From a virus (lineage: Duplodnaviria > Caudoviricetes), in IMG/VR virus record IMGVR_UViG_3300031853_000007, positions 1-64,000 of that record: DNA of 64,000 nucleotides, one strand, 5' to 3'. Within the stretch, counting starts at the first letter, position 1, and each line of letters opens with the position of its first letter. The position numbers and the translations under genes were made by a program. This document shows positions 1 to 10,112 of this stretch, piece after piece. The notes under the pieces were generated by a model that was not told where the DNA came from, did no database searches, and was given only the letters and a program-made list of their open reading frames with translations.

Positions 1-1462
1 GCTACACAGATTATTACAGCAGTAACAAGCAGTCAATATGGTGGTGCAACAGTATCGCTAACAGCACTTGCTCCATTTGTGCGAGATAGTTATAATAGAT
101 ATCTTACCAAATATACAGATCGTGGCTTTTCTGCTGACGATTGTGTTAAATATGCCAAAGAGGATTTAAGAAAAGAAATTGAAGATGGTGTACAGACATT
201 CAATTATCAATGTAATTCTATGTCCACAACTAATGGACAAGCACCATTCCTTAGTGTTTGTATGTATCTTAGTGAAACTGAGGAGTACAAGGCAGAACTT
301 GCAATGCTAATAGAAGAATTTTTGAGACAGAGAATTGTAGGTCTTAAAAATGAAGTTGGCGTTTATATCACACAAGCATTTCCTAAGTTACTTTATGTAC
401 TTGAAGAAGATAACATACACAAGGATAGTAAATACTATTACTTAACTGAACTTGCCGCAAAATGTACAGCAAAGAGAATGGTTCCTGATTATATCTCTGA
501 AAAGAAGATGAAGGAATACAAGATAGACAAGAATGGAAAGGGCAATTGTTACCCGTGTATGGGCTGTAGAAGTTTTCTCACTCCTTATGTAGATGAAAAT
601 GGTAATTCTAAATACTATGGTCGTTTCAATCAGGGTGTGGTAACTCTTAATCTTGTTGATTTAGCCTTGTCCTCAAATAAAGATGTAGATAAGTTTTGGG
701 AACTCTTTGAAGAAAGAACAGAACTCTGTCACAGAGCATTAAGGGTAAGGCATGAAAGACTTAAAGGCACTCTGTCAGACGTAGCTCCTATCATGTGGCA
801 AGATGGCGCACTTGCAAGACTGGCTAAAGGTGAGAAAATTGATAAGCTGCTGTATGGTGGCTATTCTACCATTTCTCTTGGATATGCTGGACTTTATGAG
901 TGTGTTAAATATATGACTGGCGAAAGTCATTCAGGCGGTAATGGCAAGAGTTTTGGTTTACAAGTTATGGCTCGTTTAAATGACAAATGCCAACAGTGGA
1001 AAGCCGCTGAAAATATGGACTATTCGCTGTACGGAACTCCAATAGAATCCGCTACTTATAAGTTTGCCCAAAAGCTACAGAAGCGATTTGGCGTAGTTGA
1101 AGGAATAACAGATAGAGATTACATAACTAATAGCTACCACATACCTGTTTTTGAAGAGATTGATCCATTTACTAAACTTGCAGTAGAAAGTGAGTTCCAG
1201 AGATTAAGCCCCGGTGGTGCAATAAGTTACATTGAATGTTGCGATATGCAGAACAACATTGAGGGTGTTATCAGTATCTTGCAATTTATATATAATAATA
1301 TTCAGTATGCAGAACTGAATACAAAATCAGATTATTGTCAGGTTTGTGGTTACGATGGTGAAATTCGGATTATTGATAAAGATAATAAATTAGTTTGGGA
1401 GTGTCCTAATTGCGGCAATCGTGATACAAGTAAATTGAATGTCGCTAGACGTACCTGTGGAT
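1..1462 (+). CDS. nrdD: Anaerobic (class III) ribonucleoside-triphosphate reductase, exon 1 (5'-truncated by window edge)
   Basis: Frame open from position 1 (SSQYGG); NrdD motifs GQAPF, MGCRSFL, GRFNQGVVTLNL, YITNSYH, GGAISY, C-terminal CxxC...CxxC; ends RRTCG plus the first base of the Tyr codon. Confidence 0.97.
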
Positions 1463-2189
1463 AAACTATACTGTCCACATTAAATCAATTAAATTGCGGG
1501 GAACCCCTTAGAGCTTTAACAACCAAACATTATTAGTGATAATAATGCGGCGATTAGTAACGGAGTCGGTATGGTAAAATCGTTAAAGATTGGGCAATCA
1601 AACGCAGCCAAACATCTCATTGGAGATGGAGGTTCAACGACTATAATATTGACAAATAATTTTAACTGTATTTTATCAAATAGTAAAAGAGGTGGTAATA
1701 AGTGATAAAAGCAATAGAAGGGTATACAGGGTATTTTATTTCAGATGATGGCAAAGCATATTGCAACCTAGGGAAAGGAAATAGAAATAAAAATAAAACT
1801 GTTGAAATGTATGAAATCTTACCAAGATTAACCAAACAGGGATATGCTCGTATTTGTGCAAGAAATGATACTACAAATAAGCGAACAGATTTGTATGTGC
1901 ATAGATTGGTAGCTCAATATTTTTTACCTAATCCTGAAAATAAAAAGTATGTTAATCATATCAATTGTGTCAGAAATGATAACAGGGTTGAAAATTTAGA
2001 GTGGAGTACCGCTAAAGAAAACACGGAATATACCATGAAACAAAATCATGTTATTCGTGATAGTTTAGGTCGATATACAAGTAATTTTACATATCCAATA
2101 TAATAATTTTGCAGTTAAATGTTTGATGGTATAGTCTACTCCCACTGTTAAATCAGTGTTAAAGTATCGGGAAACCGAGGGTACAAAGG
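1463..2189 (+). mobile_element. Group I intron in nrdD carrying an HNH homing endonuclease
   Basis: P1: exon TGTGGAT pairs with intron GTCCACA (U.G at splice site); core elements AATTGCGGGGAA, CGCAGCCAA, GTTCAACGACTATA, GGTATAGTCT; terminal G at 2189; splicing restores GGA T|AT ATA GGA = RTCGYIG. Confidence 0.95.
1702..2103 (+). CDS. Intron-encoded HNH homing endonuclease (NUMOD4-HNH type)
   Basis: YFISDDG N-terminus, [25 protein letters not shown] motif; RBS GAGGTG; lies between the two P7 strands of the intron. Confidence 0.93.
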   Translation: MIKAIEGYTGYFISDDGKAYCNLGKGNRNKNKTVEMYEILPRLTKQGYARICARNDTTNKRTDLYVHRLVAQYFLPNPENKKYVNHINCVRNDNRVENLEWSTAKENTEYTMKQNHVIRDSLGRYTSNFTYPI

Positions 2190-2287
2190 ATATAGGAACT
2201 AATTTCTGGAATCAAGGTCGCACACAAGAAATAAAAGAGAGATACGTACATTGTGACGATCATGAATGCAAGGTAGGTGGAGTATGA
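2190..2287 (+). CDS. nrdD: NrdD exon 2 (YIGTNFWNQGRTQEIKERYVH...)
   Basis: Completes the glycyl-radical loop and the conserved NxGRxxEIxxR C-terminus; TGA stop overlaps the nrdG ATG. Confidence 0.95.
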
Positions 2288-2820
2288 GGTACGCAAGTAT
2301 AAGAAGTCTTGATATTAGTAACGGTAAGGATATTGGTGTATCTTTATTTGTGCAAGGTTGTGATAGGCATTGTTTCAATTGCTTTAACCCTGAATCGTGG
2401 GATTTCAATGGTGGTTATGAATGGGATAAACAAGCGAGAGAGTCTTTTTTCTCTCTCGTCAATCGCCCGTTTATTAAGAGAGTAACTATTTTAGGCGGTG
2501 AACCTTTGGCAAACCAAAATCTCAAAGGTATATATGATGTAGTTACTATGATTAAAACCCGATATCCCGATAAAATAGTTTGGTTGTACACTGGCTACAC
2601 TCTTTCTGATGGTGATTTTTATGGACTGAATGGTCTGAACTGTAATTGCGATGAAGATTTTTATTGGTATAAAATCATTGAATCTTGTGATGTAATCGTT
2701 GACGGTGATTACAGAGATGATCTCCGCGATATCACGTTACCATTTCGAGGTTCTTCTAACCAGCGACTTATAGACGTTAAAAAATCATTACAGGCAAGAA
2801 AGATAGTATTGTGGGGGTGA
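2284..2820 (+). CDS. nrdG: Anaerobic RNR activating enzyme (radical SAM)
   Basis: DISNG..IGVSLFVQGC, CxxxCxxC (CDRHCFNC), LGGEP, FRGSSNQR; directly follows nrdD. Confidence 0.96.
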   Translation: MRYASIRSLDISNGKDIGVSLFVQGCDRHCFNCFNPESWDFNGGYEWDKQARESFFSLVNRPFIKRVTILGGEPLANQNLKGIYDVVTMIKTRYPDKIVWLYTGYTLSDGDFYGLNGLNCNCDEDFYWYKIIESCDVIVDGDYRDDLRDITLPFRGSSNQRLIDVKKSLQARKIVLWG

Positions 2821-2825
2821 TACCA

Positions 2826-4001
2826 ATGAATAACACAAAGCAAAACAAGTGGAAGAATGCTGCTATCCCAGCAATACTTCTTCACATTTGTATAGGCTCA
2901 GTTTACAGTTTTTCTTTATTTGCTAAACCGATTTCAGATTATATTGGGAAATCTCAATCTCTTGTACAGTTTGCCTTTTCCCTTGCGATTTTTTTCTTAG
3001 GAATGTCCGCAGCTTTTGGTGGAGCTTTTGTAGAGAGAAACATTCACAGATCATCTTTGTTAAGTACGGTATGCTTTTGTGGTGGGCTTGCGCTCACCGC
3101 ACTAGCGGTACACGTCAAGTCTCTTACACTCTTATATATTGGATACGGCGCAGTAATGGGAATTGGACTCGGTTTAGGTTATCTTAGTCCAGTCAAAACT
3201 TTAATGCTTTGGTTTAAAGATAATAAAGGTCTTGCAACAGGAATTTCAGTTTGTGCGTTTGGTTTTGCTTCAACAGTAGCTTCGCCAATAATTACATTTC
3301 TTTTGAATAGAGTATCAATCTCAACAACGTCTTTAATTCTTGCGGGATTGTATTTTATTCCTATGATGATAGGACACTTCTTATTACAGAAGCCAAAAGA
3401 CTGGATCGAGTCACAATCAAATGCTGATTTTAAAGCGGTCACGATGTTTAAGGACAAGAAGTTTGTAGCTATGTGGTTATTTTTCTTCTTAAACATAACT
3501 TGTGGTCTTGCGCTTATTCCAATAGCAAGTCCTATGCTTACCGAACTTAATGTGAGACCCACACTTATAGCATTGATTGTTAGCATCATGGGTGTATTTA
3601 ATGGTTGCGGAAGATTAGTATTCTCTGCGATATCGGACAAGCTAACGAAAAGAATACACATTTACTATTTGATTTTTGGAATATCAATAATGACTGTTAT
3701 TACATCTATTGTTTGCCATGATTTTTCAATGGTTGCGTTAATTATAATATCGGCTTGCTACGGAGCTGGATTTAGCTGTATAGCTCCTTTGCTTGCAGAT
3801 ATTTATGATATGAAGAACATAAGTAAAATTCACGGTTTAATTCTTTCTGCGTGGGGTTGCGCTGGTCTTGTAGGCAATCAACTTTCAATGTTTATTTATA
3901 GACACAGCGGTTCTTATATGACGGTATTCTATGTTATTGGAATGTTGTATTGTGTTGCATTGATTCTGAGCGCAGTTGTCAAAAATAGTATAAAAGAATA
4001 A
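2826..4001 (+). CDS. MFS transporter, oxalate:formate antiporter (OFA) family
   Basis: About 12 hydrophobic segments; HICIGSVY, YGAVMGIGLGLGYLSPVKTLMLWF.DNKGLATG, FNG.GRL.F..ISDK, CYGAGFS, IHG.ILSAW motifs. Confidence 0.88.
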   Translation: MNNTKQNKWKNAAIPAILLHICIGSVYSFSLFAKPISDYIGKSQSLVQFAFSLAIFFLGMSAAFGGAFVERNIHRSSLLSTVCFCGGLALTALAVHVKSLTLLYIGYGAVMGIGLGLGYLSPVKTLMLWFKDNKGLATGISVCAFGFASTVASPIITFLLNRVSISTTSLILAGLYFIPMMIGHFLLQKPKDWIESQSNADFKAVTMFKDKKFVAMWLFFFLNITCGLALIPIASPMLTELNVRPTLIALIVSIMGVFNGCGRLVFSAISDKLTKRIHIYYLIFGISIMTVITSIVCHDFSMVALIIISACYGAGFSCIAPLLADIYDMKNISKIHGLILSAWGCAGLVGNQLSMFIYRHSGSYMTVFYVIGMLYCVALILSAVVKNSIKE

Positions 4002-4035
4002 ATGATTAGTAGTGGTGGGTAGGGTGGTAAATACA

Positions 4036-4314
4036 ATGAAAAACATTTATAAATCAACGGATAATAAAATACAAACAACATTTATAAAGAGAACGCTCCA
4101 TCAAAAAGTATACGATCAAAGAGTGGAGTTCGGATTTAGTGTGCCAATTGACTGGATACCCGGAAAAGGAGCTTGTTGGATTGATTGTCCTTTTTCGGTG
4201 TGTACTTCTTTGGGGCATAGATGTAAGGCGTTAGTTGATAATCAGTGTCCATTTACGAAGAATGTGGAAACGTTTTATTACGATGACACAACAGATATAG
4301 AGAATAAAAAGTAA
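4036..4314 (+). CDS. Hypothetical Cys-containing protein
   Basis: ORF in the + operon with purine-rich RBS; start uncertain. Confidence 0.6.
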   Translation: MKNIYKSTDNKIQTTFIKRTLHQKVYDQRVEFGFSVPIDWIPGKGACWIDCPFSVCTSLGHRCKALVDNQCPFTKNVETFYYDDTTDIENKK

Positions 4315-4329
4315 TCGGAGGCGACTTAT

Positions 4330-4554
4330 ATAAACTTCTATAAAATACACCCTTGTCCCAAATGCAAAGGTAGGGGCAAAGCGAGATTCGTAAGTGAATC
4401 GCACTATCTATATCTGAGAGATGCTTACGTTATAGAGTGTAACGACTGTGGTTTTATAGCGGCTAATTATGATGAGGCTCGTTTCACTCTTTTGGGAGCA
4501 ATCAGATTGTGGAATAAGAAATGTGGGTTAATTGAGGAGCGTGATTTCAATTAA
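4330..4554 (+). CDS. Lar-like (restriction alleviation family) zinc-ribbon protein with apparent ATA start; missing from ORF track
   Basis: GGAGG at 4317-4321 then in-frame ATA; translation IHPCPKCKG...IECNDCG...AIRLWNK matches the Lar-family pattern. Confidence 0.65.
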   Translation: MNFYKIHPCPKCKGRGKARFVSESHYLYLRDAYVIECNDCGFIAANYDEARFTLLGAIRLWNKKCGLIEERDFN

Positions 4555-4590
4555 ATACCTCGGAAGTAAGAGCAGAAAAGGAGTAGAAAA

Positions 4591-4809
4591 GTGAACTGTG
4601 AAATATATCCCTGTCCCGAATGCGGCGGGAGTGGCAGGATTGTTTATGTCGGTGGGCGAAATCTTCATCCGGTTGTAAGATGTAAGGATTGTGGTTATAC
4701 AGAAGATTCTTATTTTGGTTTCGATCTCGAATCAACGGCAATACAATTATGGAATGAAAGGATAATGTATCGTAAATGGAAAAGAAATTGCTCAAAGACA
4801 GTTTTGTGA
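4591..4809 (+). CDS. Lar-like zinc-ribbon protein
   Basis: PCPECGG...VRCKDCG...AIQLWNER; RBS AGGAG. Confidence 0.75.
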   Translation: MNCEIYPCPECGGSGRIVYVGGRNLHPVVRCKDCGYTEDSYFGFDLESTAIQLWNERIMYRKWKRNCSKTVL

Positions 4810-4976
4810 TTAATGCACTCAGAAAACAAATCCCTCAAAAGGTAACTAAAACACCTTATTTTTATGGTTATACATACGGCTGTCCTTGTTGTGATAACAT
4901 TATAAGCTCTACTAAAAATAGCACGATAAAGTATTGTAATCATTGCGGACAAGCATTAGATTGGAGCGAGGTATGA
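4776..4976 (+). CDS. Small zinc-ribbon phage protein
   Basis: ALRKQIP.K...CPCC...YCNHCGQALDWS, a common Firmicute phage pattern. Confidence 0.75.
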   Translation: MEKKLLKDSFVINALRKQIPQKVTKTPYFYGYTYGCPCCDNIISSTKNSTIKYCNHCGQALDWSEV

Positions 4977-5269
4977 GAGATATTAAGCGTTCTAAAGCTG
5001 CGAGGTTATATGCGTTTAGTGACTGGGTACACACATATGGTATATTGATATTATTCGTGCTTGTTGTGATTGCAACACCTCTTGTTGTAATACCTGTTAT
5101 GGCAACGGCAAACGAATCATTGTGTATTCCGATAGTGGTTATTGATACCTTGTTTATAATAGTATGGTGTTTGACTCCTGAATACAAAAGTATAGAACAG
5201 TGTCAAGAGTTAATGAGCGAAAGGGAATACCGTAAGCGTGAAAGGAAGAATAAGAAGTGGTTGATATAA
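4973..5269 (+). CDS. Small membrane protein (two TM segments)
   Basis: Two hydrophobic stretches; ATGA overlap with the upstream stop. Confidence 0.6.
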   Translation: MRDIKRSKAARLYAFSDWVHTYGILILFVLVVIATPLVVIPVMATANESLCIPIVVIDTLFIIVWCLTPEYKSIEQCQELMSEREYRKRERKNKKWLI

Positions 5270-5451
5270 AAAATGGTAAACAGCAATCCGATCTACGCCT
5301 TGCACGTATAGATTTTAGTTGGTGGTGTATTGACATTGATTCTAACGATTTATATTGCGCCACTTGTGGGGAGTACGTAAAGGATCATAATGCTATGAAG
5401 AATTGTCCTAAATGTGGGTTGTTTATGACAAATGCAACGGAGGTTGATTAA
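5257..5451 (+). CDS. Small zinc-ribbon protein
   Basis: CATCG...CPKCG pairs. Confidence 0.65.
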   Translation: MVDIKNGKQQSDLRLARIDFSWWCIDIDSNDLYCATCGEYVKDHNAMKNCPKCGLFMTNATEVD

Positions 5452-6207
5452 TTGAAATACTTCGGAAGTAAAAGTAGAATTGCAAAATACATAGTTCCTA
5501 TTTTGCAGAAAGAAATTGACGATAATGGCATTGATACCTTTGTGGATTGTTTTTGCGGCGGCTGCAATGTCATAGACAAAATCAAGTGCGAACACAGAAT
5601 AGCCAATGATCTGAACCCTTATCTTATTGCTTTATTAAAGCACGTTGTAGGGGGGGGCAGCCTTCCGCCAGAAGTGCCACGAGAGCTTTATAACGAAGCA
5701 AGAAACGCATGGCGAAACAAGGATCACACTAAATTTGAAATGTGGGAATTAGGAGCAATAGGTTTTCTTGCCAGCTATAATGGTAAAGATTTCGCCGGGT
5801 CTTATGCGAAACCCGGTTATGAGAAAACCAAAACTGGTTTACGATACCGAGATTATTATAGAGAAGGTAAAGACAATCTTATTAAACAAGCACCATTCTT
5901 ACAGGATATCGAGCTTAGGTGTTCTGATTATCGAACATATGCTGATTATGCCACAAACAACACATTAATCTATTGCGACCCACCGTATGCTAATACAACT
6001 CAGTTCTCTAATTCGCATGATTTTAATTACGAAGAATTTTGGAATACAATGCGAGACTGGTCTAAGAGCGGTGCGATTGTTTACATAAGCGAACTTGAAG
6101 CTCCTGATGACTTTGAATGTGTGTGGGAGCAGGAAGTTAGTAGAAGTGTTAATGCGAGGAATAAGACAAAAGCTACCGAAAAATTATTCAGATACAAAGG
6201 AGAATAA
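5452..6207 (+). CDS. DNA adenine methyltransferase (Dam/D12 class), orphan
   Basis: MKYFGSK, DCFCGG motif I, NDLN, YCDPPY catalytic motif, terminal EKLF. Confidence 0.92.
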   Translation: MKYFGSKSRIAKYIVPILQKEIDDNGIDTFVDCFCGGCNVIDKIKCEHRIANDLNPYLIALLKHVVGGGSLPPEVPRELYNEARNAWRNKDHTKFEMWELGAIGFLASYNGKDFAGSYAKPGYEKTKTGLRYRDYYREGKDNLIKQAPFLQDIELRCSDYRTYADYATNNTLIYCDPPYANTTQFSNSHDFNYEEFWNTMRDWSKSGAIVYISELEAPDDFECVWEQEVSRSVNARNKTKATEKLFRYKGE

Positions 6208-6210
6208 TTT

Positions 6211-6570
6211 ATGAACACTTATGGTTTTGAAGTCGCACACGGTTATGAAATCCTCAAAGGCTTTGTCGAAGCCGAAAGCAAGGCACAGGCGATACAAAAA
6301 ACATCTGATAAAGATTGGAATGACATTATTGATACATATGATTGCGACGAGTTTACCGAGAGTTATAAGATTTTAGATGTATGGGAGTGTGAGATAAAAG
6401 TAATGACTGATTATAAAAAATTATGTGGAGTATTGAGAAACATTGGATGTAAATTCTCAACAGGAAACAATTACATTGAGATACACCCTGACTCAATGAT
6501 TACTTTTGGCGGTGTTTGTATAGACTTCTACGACGATGGTTCATTCGAGGGGTTTGCCGCCTCAGAATAA
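6211..6570 (+). CDS. Hypothetical protein
   Basis: ORF with AAGGAG RBS. Confidence 0.65.
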   Translation: MNTYGFEVAHGYEILKGFVEAESKAQAIQKTSDKDWNDIIDTYDCDEFTESYKILDVWECEIKVMTDYKKLCGVLRNIGCKFSTGNNYIEIHPDSMITFGGVCIDFYDDGSFEGFAASE

Positions 6571-6583
6571 TAAGGGGTATGTT

Positions 6584-7132
6584 ATGAAATACTACATAAG
6601 CGACCTACATATAGGTCACAAAAACGCTATTGCCTTTGATAAACGCCCTTTCTTCGATCTGAATGATATGAAAGAAACCATCATCACTAACTGGAACAAT
6701 ATTGTTACACCAACTGATGATGTGTATATCTTAGGCGACTTCTTCTGGGATAACGATGAAGCTCCCGATATTCTTTCAAAGTTGAATGGTAAGAAATATC
6801 TTATCAAGGGCAATCATGATAGACTGAATAATCAGATGCGTTCGCACTTCGAGTGGGTCAAGGACTATGACGAAATCAAAGATAACGGCAGACACGTTGT
6901 TCTCTGTCATTATCCTATAGCTCATTGGCATAATGCTGACTATGGCTACATTCATCTCTATGGTCACATACACACAGCAAGAGATTCAAGACCTTTTGAT
7001 GAATACAAGGAGCAGATGAAGAAGCGAGACTTGCCCTACAAATGCTATAACGTTGGCTGTATGTTACCCTATATGAACTATACGCCACGCACTTTAGATG
7101 AGATAATCAGAAGTAACGAGGAAAGCGAATGA
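6584..7132 (+). CDS. Calcineurin-like metallophosphoesterase
   Basis: SDLHIGH, LGD, GNHD, LCHYP, GHIH motifs. Confidence 0.92.
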   Translation: MKYYISDLHIGHKNAIAFDKRPFFDLNDMKETIITNWNNIVTPTDDVYILGDFFWDNDEAPDILSKLNGKKYLIKGNHDRLNNQMRSHFEWVKDYDEIKDNGRHVVLCHYPIAHWHNADYGYIHLYGHIHTARDSRPFDEYKEQMKKRDLPYKCYNVGCMLPYMNYTPRTLDEIIRSNEESE

Positions 7133-7317
7133 TAGCACCGAAAAATGAAACTATATGCTTACAGGCTCTCAACGAAGAGAAATCAGTAACGCACATCATC
7201 ACAACAGATAAACACAAAGATACGTACAAGCTCTATGAGGTATCTGGCGATAAGCTAGTCTACACTAAGCGTAAGTCAGACAGCCCTTTGGAGTTAGAGA
7301 AATATATTTGGGGGTGA
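7129..7317 (+). CDS. Hypothetical protein
   Basis: ATGA-coupled ORF in operon. Confidence 0.65.
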   Translation: MIAPKNETICLQALNEEKSVTHIITTDKHKDTYKLYEVSGDKLVYTKRKSDSPLELEKYIWG

Positions 7318-7321
7318 CACT

Positions 7322-7702
7322 ATGAAGTGGTATGTTTACTACGAAGATGTAAATAAAAAGAAGATAGAGAAGTTCAATATATTTAATCATGCTTGGTTTA
7401 CTGATGAATGTATTAAAATACTTGAAAGGTACACGGGTAAACGCAAATTATCAGAGGATGAAATTAGCAAACCCAATCCTGATGTTTTGAATGACATAGC
7501 AGAAGATATTAAACACTCACTCATGTACTATTTCTGGTCTAAGTGTGAATGGGAAGTGCTTCTTGTGAGCTGGACAAGCCCCGATGACGAGAGGGTTCAT
7601 AAGAAGATTGACATATACGATCAGGTGATGATGAATTATCCCGCCTTTATCGAATACCTTTGGTATCATCAGAACGAACTAAAAACGATGAAACGGAAGT
7701 GA
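7322..7702 (+). CDS. Hypothetical phage protein
   Basis: ORF with RBS; YYFWSKCEWE...KIDIYDQ motif. Confidence 0.7.
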   Translation: MKWYVYYEDVNKKKIEKFNIFNHAWFTDECIKILERYTGKRKLSEDEISKPNPDVLNDIAEDIKHSLMYYFWSKCEWEVLLVSWTSPDDERVHKKIDIYDQVMMNYPAFIEYLWYHQNELKTMKRK

Positions 7703-7849
7703 TACATTGATTGGAATAATATTATTTATTGTTGTCTTTATAACAAGTTTTATAACCAAAGTCTCAGTAATGATAATTGTTGGTTCCGCGATATTAGCAC
7801 TACTTGACGTAGCATTGATAATCATTGGTCACAGTGGAGGTGGTAAGAA

Positions 7850-8956
7850 GTGAGAAAATTGTACCTTGATAATTCAGCTACAACAGCGGTGACAAGGGAA
7901 GTCCTCAATGAGATGTTGCCGTATTTTACCGAGGAATTTTATAATCCTAGCGCACAGTATATGAAGGCGAGACTGGTAAAAATGGCAATTCAGAAAGCCA
8001 GAATACAGTTTGCCGAAGCTATAAATGCCGAGCCTGAGCAGATATTCTTTACATCGGGTGCAACTGAGAGTAATAACATAATCGCTAGAAATTACCACGT
8101 TGTAGCTTCGATATATGAACATCCATCTATGCAGACTGGAACACGGGTTAAGGATGAAAAGGAACTTAAAAGGATACTGAACCATACAAAAAAGTATCAC
8201 CATGAAGATATGATTCTTGAAGTCCTATCATGGCAAATGGTCAATAGCGAGACAGGTGTGGAGTTTCCAATTAAGAAAATCGCCCAATTGGCACACATGA
8301 ATAATATGCTGTGCCACTCTGATATGACCGCTGCTTTTGGTAAGGTTCCTATTGACGTTAAAGACCTTGATATTGATTTTGCTTCGTTCTCTGGTCATAA
8401 GTTCCATGCACCCAAAGGTATCGGTGTTCTGTACATAAAAGACCCAAAGAACTTTAAGGGTGATATTATTGGTGGTGGTCAGGAACGTGGGATTCGTTCT
8501 GGCACTGAAAATGTTCCGGGTATCGTTGCGATAGGAAGTGCAGCGAGTCTGTACAACTATAACGCCGAACACAACAGCAATGCAAAACAGGCTAGACTAT
8601 ATGTTCTTAGTCGGTTGAGGGCTTCAATGCCCTGCGACTTCAAGCTTCTTGGAAATGATGATTCTGACTACTACCAAGTGCCTAGTATTATTAATATCGC
8701 CATAAAGGGTATTGAAGGTGAAAGCTTAATGATACTTCTTGATGGAAAGGGTATCTGCGTATCAACTGGTTCCGCTTGTCATAGTGCAAGCCTTGAAGTC
8801 AGCCAAACGGTTAAGAGTTTTAATCTCCCACCCGAATATGAACATGGCACAATCAGGATATCGTTTGATAACAGCTTTGATATGGACGATGCCGATTATC
8901 TAGTAGATGAAATTGTTAAAGCTTGTAAGTCACTTTTGACACTGAAAGGAATGTAA
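7850..8956 (+). CDS. iscS: Cysteine desulfurase (IscS/NifS family)
   Basis: YLDNSATT, NPS, FTSGATESNN, NSETG, SGHKFHAPKG (PLP Lys), RSGTEN, STGSACHS (catalytic Cys). Confidence 0.93.
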   Translation: MRKLYLDNSATTAVTREVLNEMLPYFTEEFYNPSAQYMKARLVKMAIQKARIQFAEAINAEPEQIFFTSGATESNNIIARNYHVVASIYEHPSMQTGTRVKDEKELKRILNHTKKYHHEDMILEVLSWQMVNSETGVEFPIKKIAQLAHMNNMLCHSDMTAAFGKVPIDVKDLDIDFASFSGHKFHAPKGIGVLYIKDPKNFKGDIIGGGQERGIRSGTENVPGIVAIGSAASLYNYNAEHNSNAKQARLYVLSRLRASMPCDFKLLGNDDSDYYQVPSIINIAIKGIEGESLMILLDGKGICVSTGSACHSASLEVSQTVKSFNLPPEYEHGTIRISFDNSFDMDDADYLVDEIVKACKSLLTLKGM

Positions 8957-8959
8957 AAA

Positions 8960-9559
8960 ATGAAGGATAATACAAAATCTTGTCTCGCCCTCATTTTGGG
9001 GGCATCTGGGTCTGGTAAAACTACCATCTGTAATGAACTTGAAGAGAAGTACGGACTGAAAGCCATTCCATCGTATACTACAAGGGAGCCACGAACTCCT
9101 GATGAAAAAGGTCACACCTTTATTACTAATGAGGAATTTGACAAGCTTGAAGATATCATAGCCTACGCCGAAACTGACGGCAACAGATATGCCGTAACTA
9201 AAGAAATGCTTGAAGATGAACAGTATTCTCTTTATGTTGTTGACTTGACTGGACTTAAATATCTCCATAAGAACTATCATGGTGATAGACCTCTGGTGTC
9301 TTTTTACATAGATGTTTCCGCATATGAAAGATTCTGCCGAATGATTGACCGCAAAGACGATAGAACTCCGATTGACAAGATGAAAGCTGCACTCAATAGA
9401 ATAGAACATGATGCCGTTGAGTTTAATAGGGACGAAGTAATGAAACACGTTGGGTTTATCGTAGAAAACTCCAATGGTAAGTTGAACAGTAATGTTGCCT
9501 ACATAAATCGGATATGTGGACTGTATGGTATTGGCGATAAGGATAGAGTAAAGGAGTAA
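8960..9559 (+). CDS. gmk: Guanylate kinase-like protein
   Basis: GASGSGKTT P-loop, SYTTREPR..E..H.FI. Confidence 0.88.
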   Translation: MKDNTKSCLALILGASGSGKTTICNELEEKYGLKAIPSYTTREPRTPDEKGHTFITNEEFDKLEDIIAYAETDGNRYAVTKEMLEDEQYSLYVVDLTGLKYLHKNYHGDRPLVSFYIDVSAYERFCRMIDRKDDRTPIDKMKAALNRIEHDAVEFNRDEVMKHVGFIVENSNGKLNSNVAYINRICGLYGIGDKDRVKE

Positions 9560-9561
9560 AT

Positions 9562-10095
9562 ATGGAAGTATTACAGGATAATTATCACGGTCACGCGCCA
9601 AATGTTTACAACGTTCGACAATTTGATGTACAATGCGAACATTGTAATTCTAAAATAAGAGTAACTGAGGATGAGCTTAAAACTACCGTCTTGGGCATAT
9701 GTACGTTTGATTGTCCATGCTGTGGCAAGACAAGTGATATTGATGGCTTAGAGTATAGTTTGACGTATGATACACTTGTATTTCCCAAACATTGGTTTGT
9801 ACATAATAAGGGTGTTCGTGATGTACTCAGTATAGACGATTGGCTTGAATCCTCTCAGCAACATTTGGAAGAAGCTGTTAAGACATTGTATTTTAGCCTA
9901 AGTATTGTTGAGATACCAGAAGAAAGTGATGAAGAAGTATGCAGAAGATACTTTATGGGTGATACGATACTGATAATGTCTAAATACCGTGATGAAACAG
10001 ATTGTACTAAATATTGTTATGATATCGACATTGTTAAGCAACTTGCCGACACTAAAATAACAGATCAGTTTAGGTTAATAGATTACAGAAAGTAA
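9562..10095 (+). CDS. Hypothetical protein with N-terminal zinc ribbon
   Basis: CEHC...CPCC; AAGGAG RBS. Confidence 0.7.
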   Translation: MEVLQDNYHGHAPNVYNVRQFDVQCEHCNSKIRVTEDELKTTVLGICTFDCPCCGKTSDIDGLEYSLTYDTLVFPKHWFVHNKGVRDVLSIDDWLESSQQHLEEAVKTLYFSLSIVEIPEESDEEVCRRYFMGDTILIMSKYRDETDCTKYCYDIDIVKQLADTKITDQFRLIDYRK

Positions 10096-10112
10096 GAAAG
10101 GGAGATTTACAT

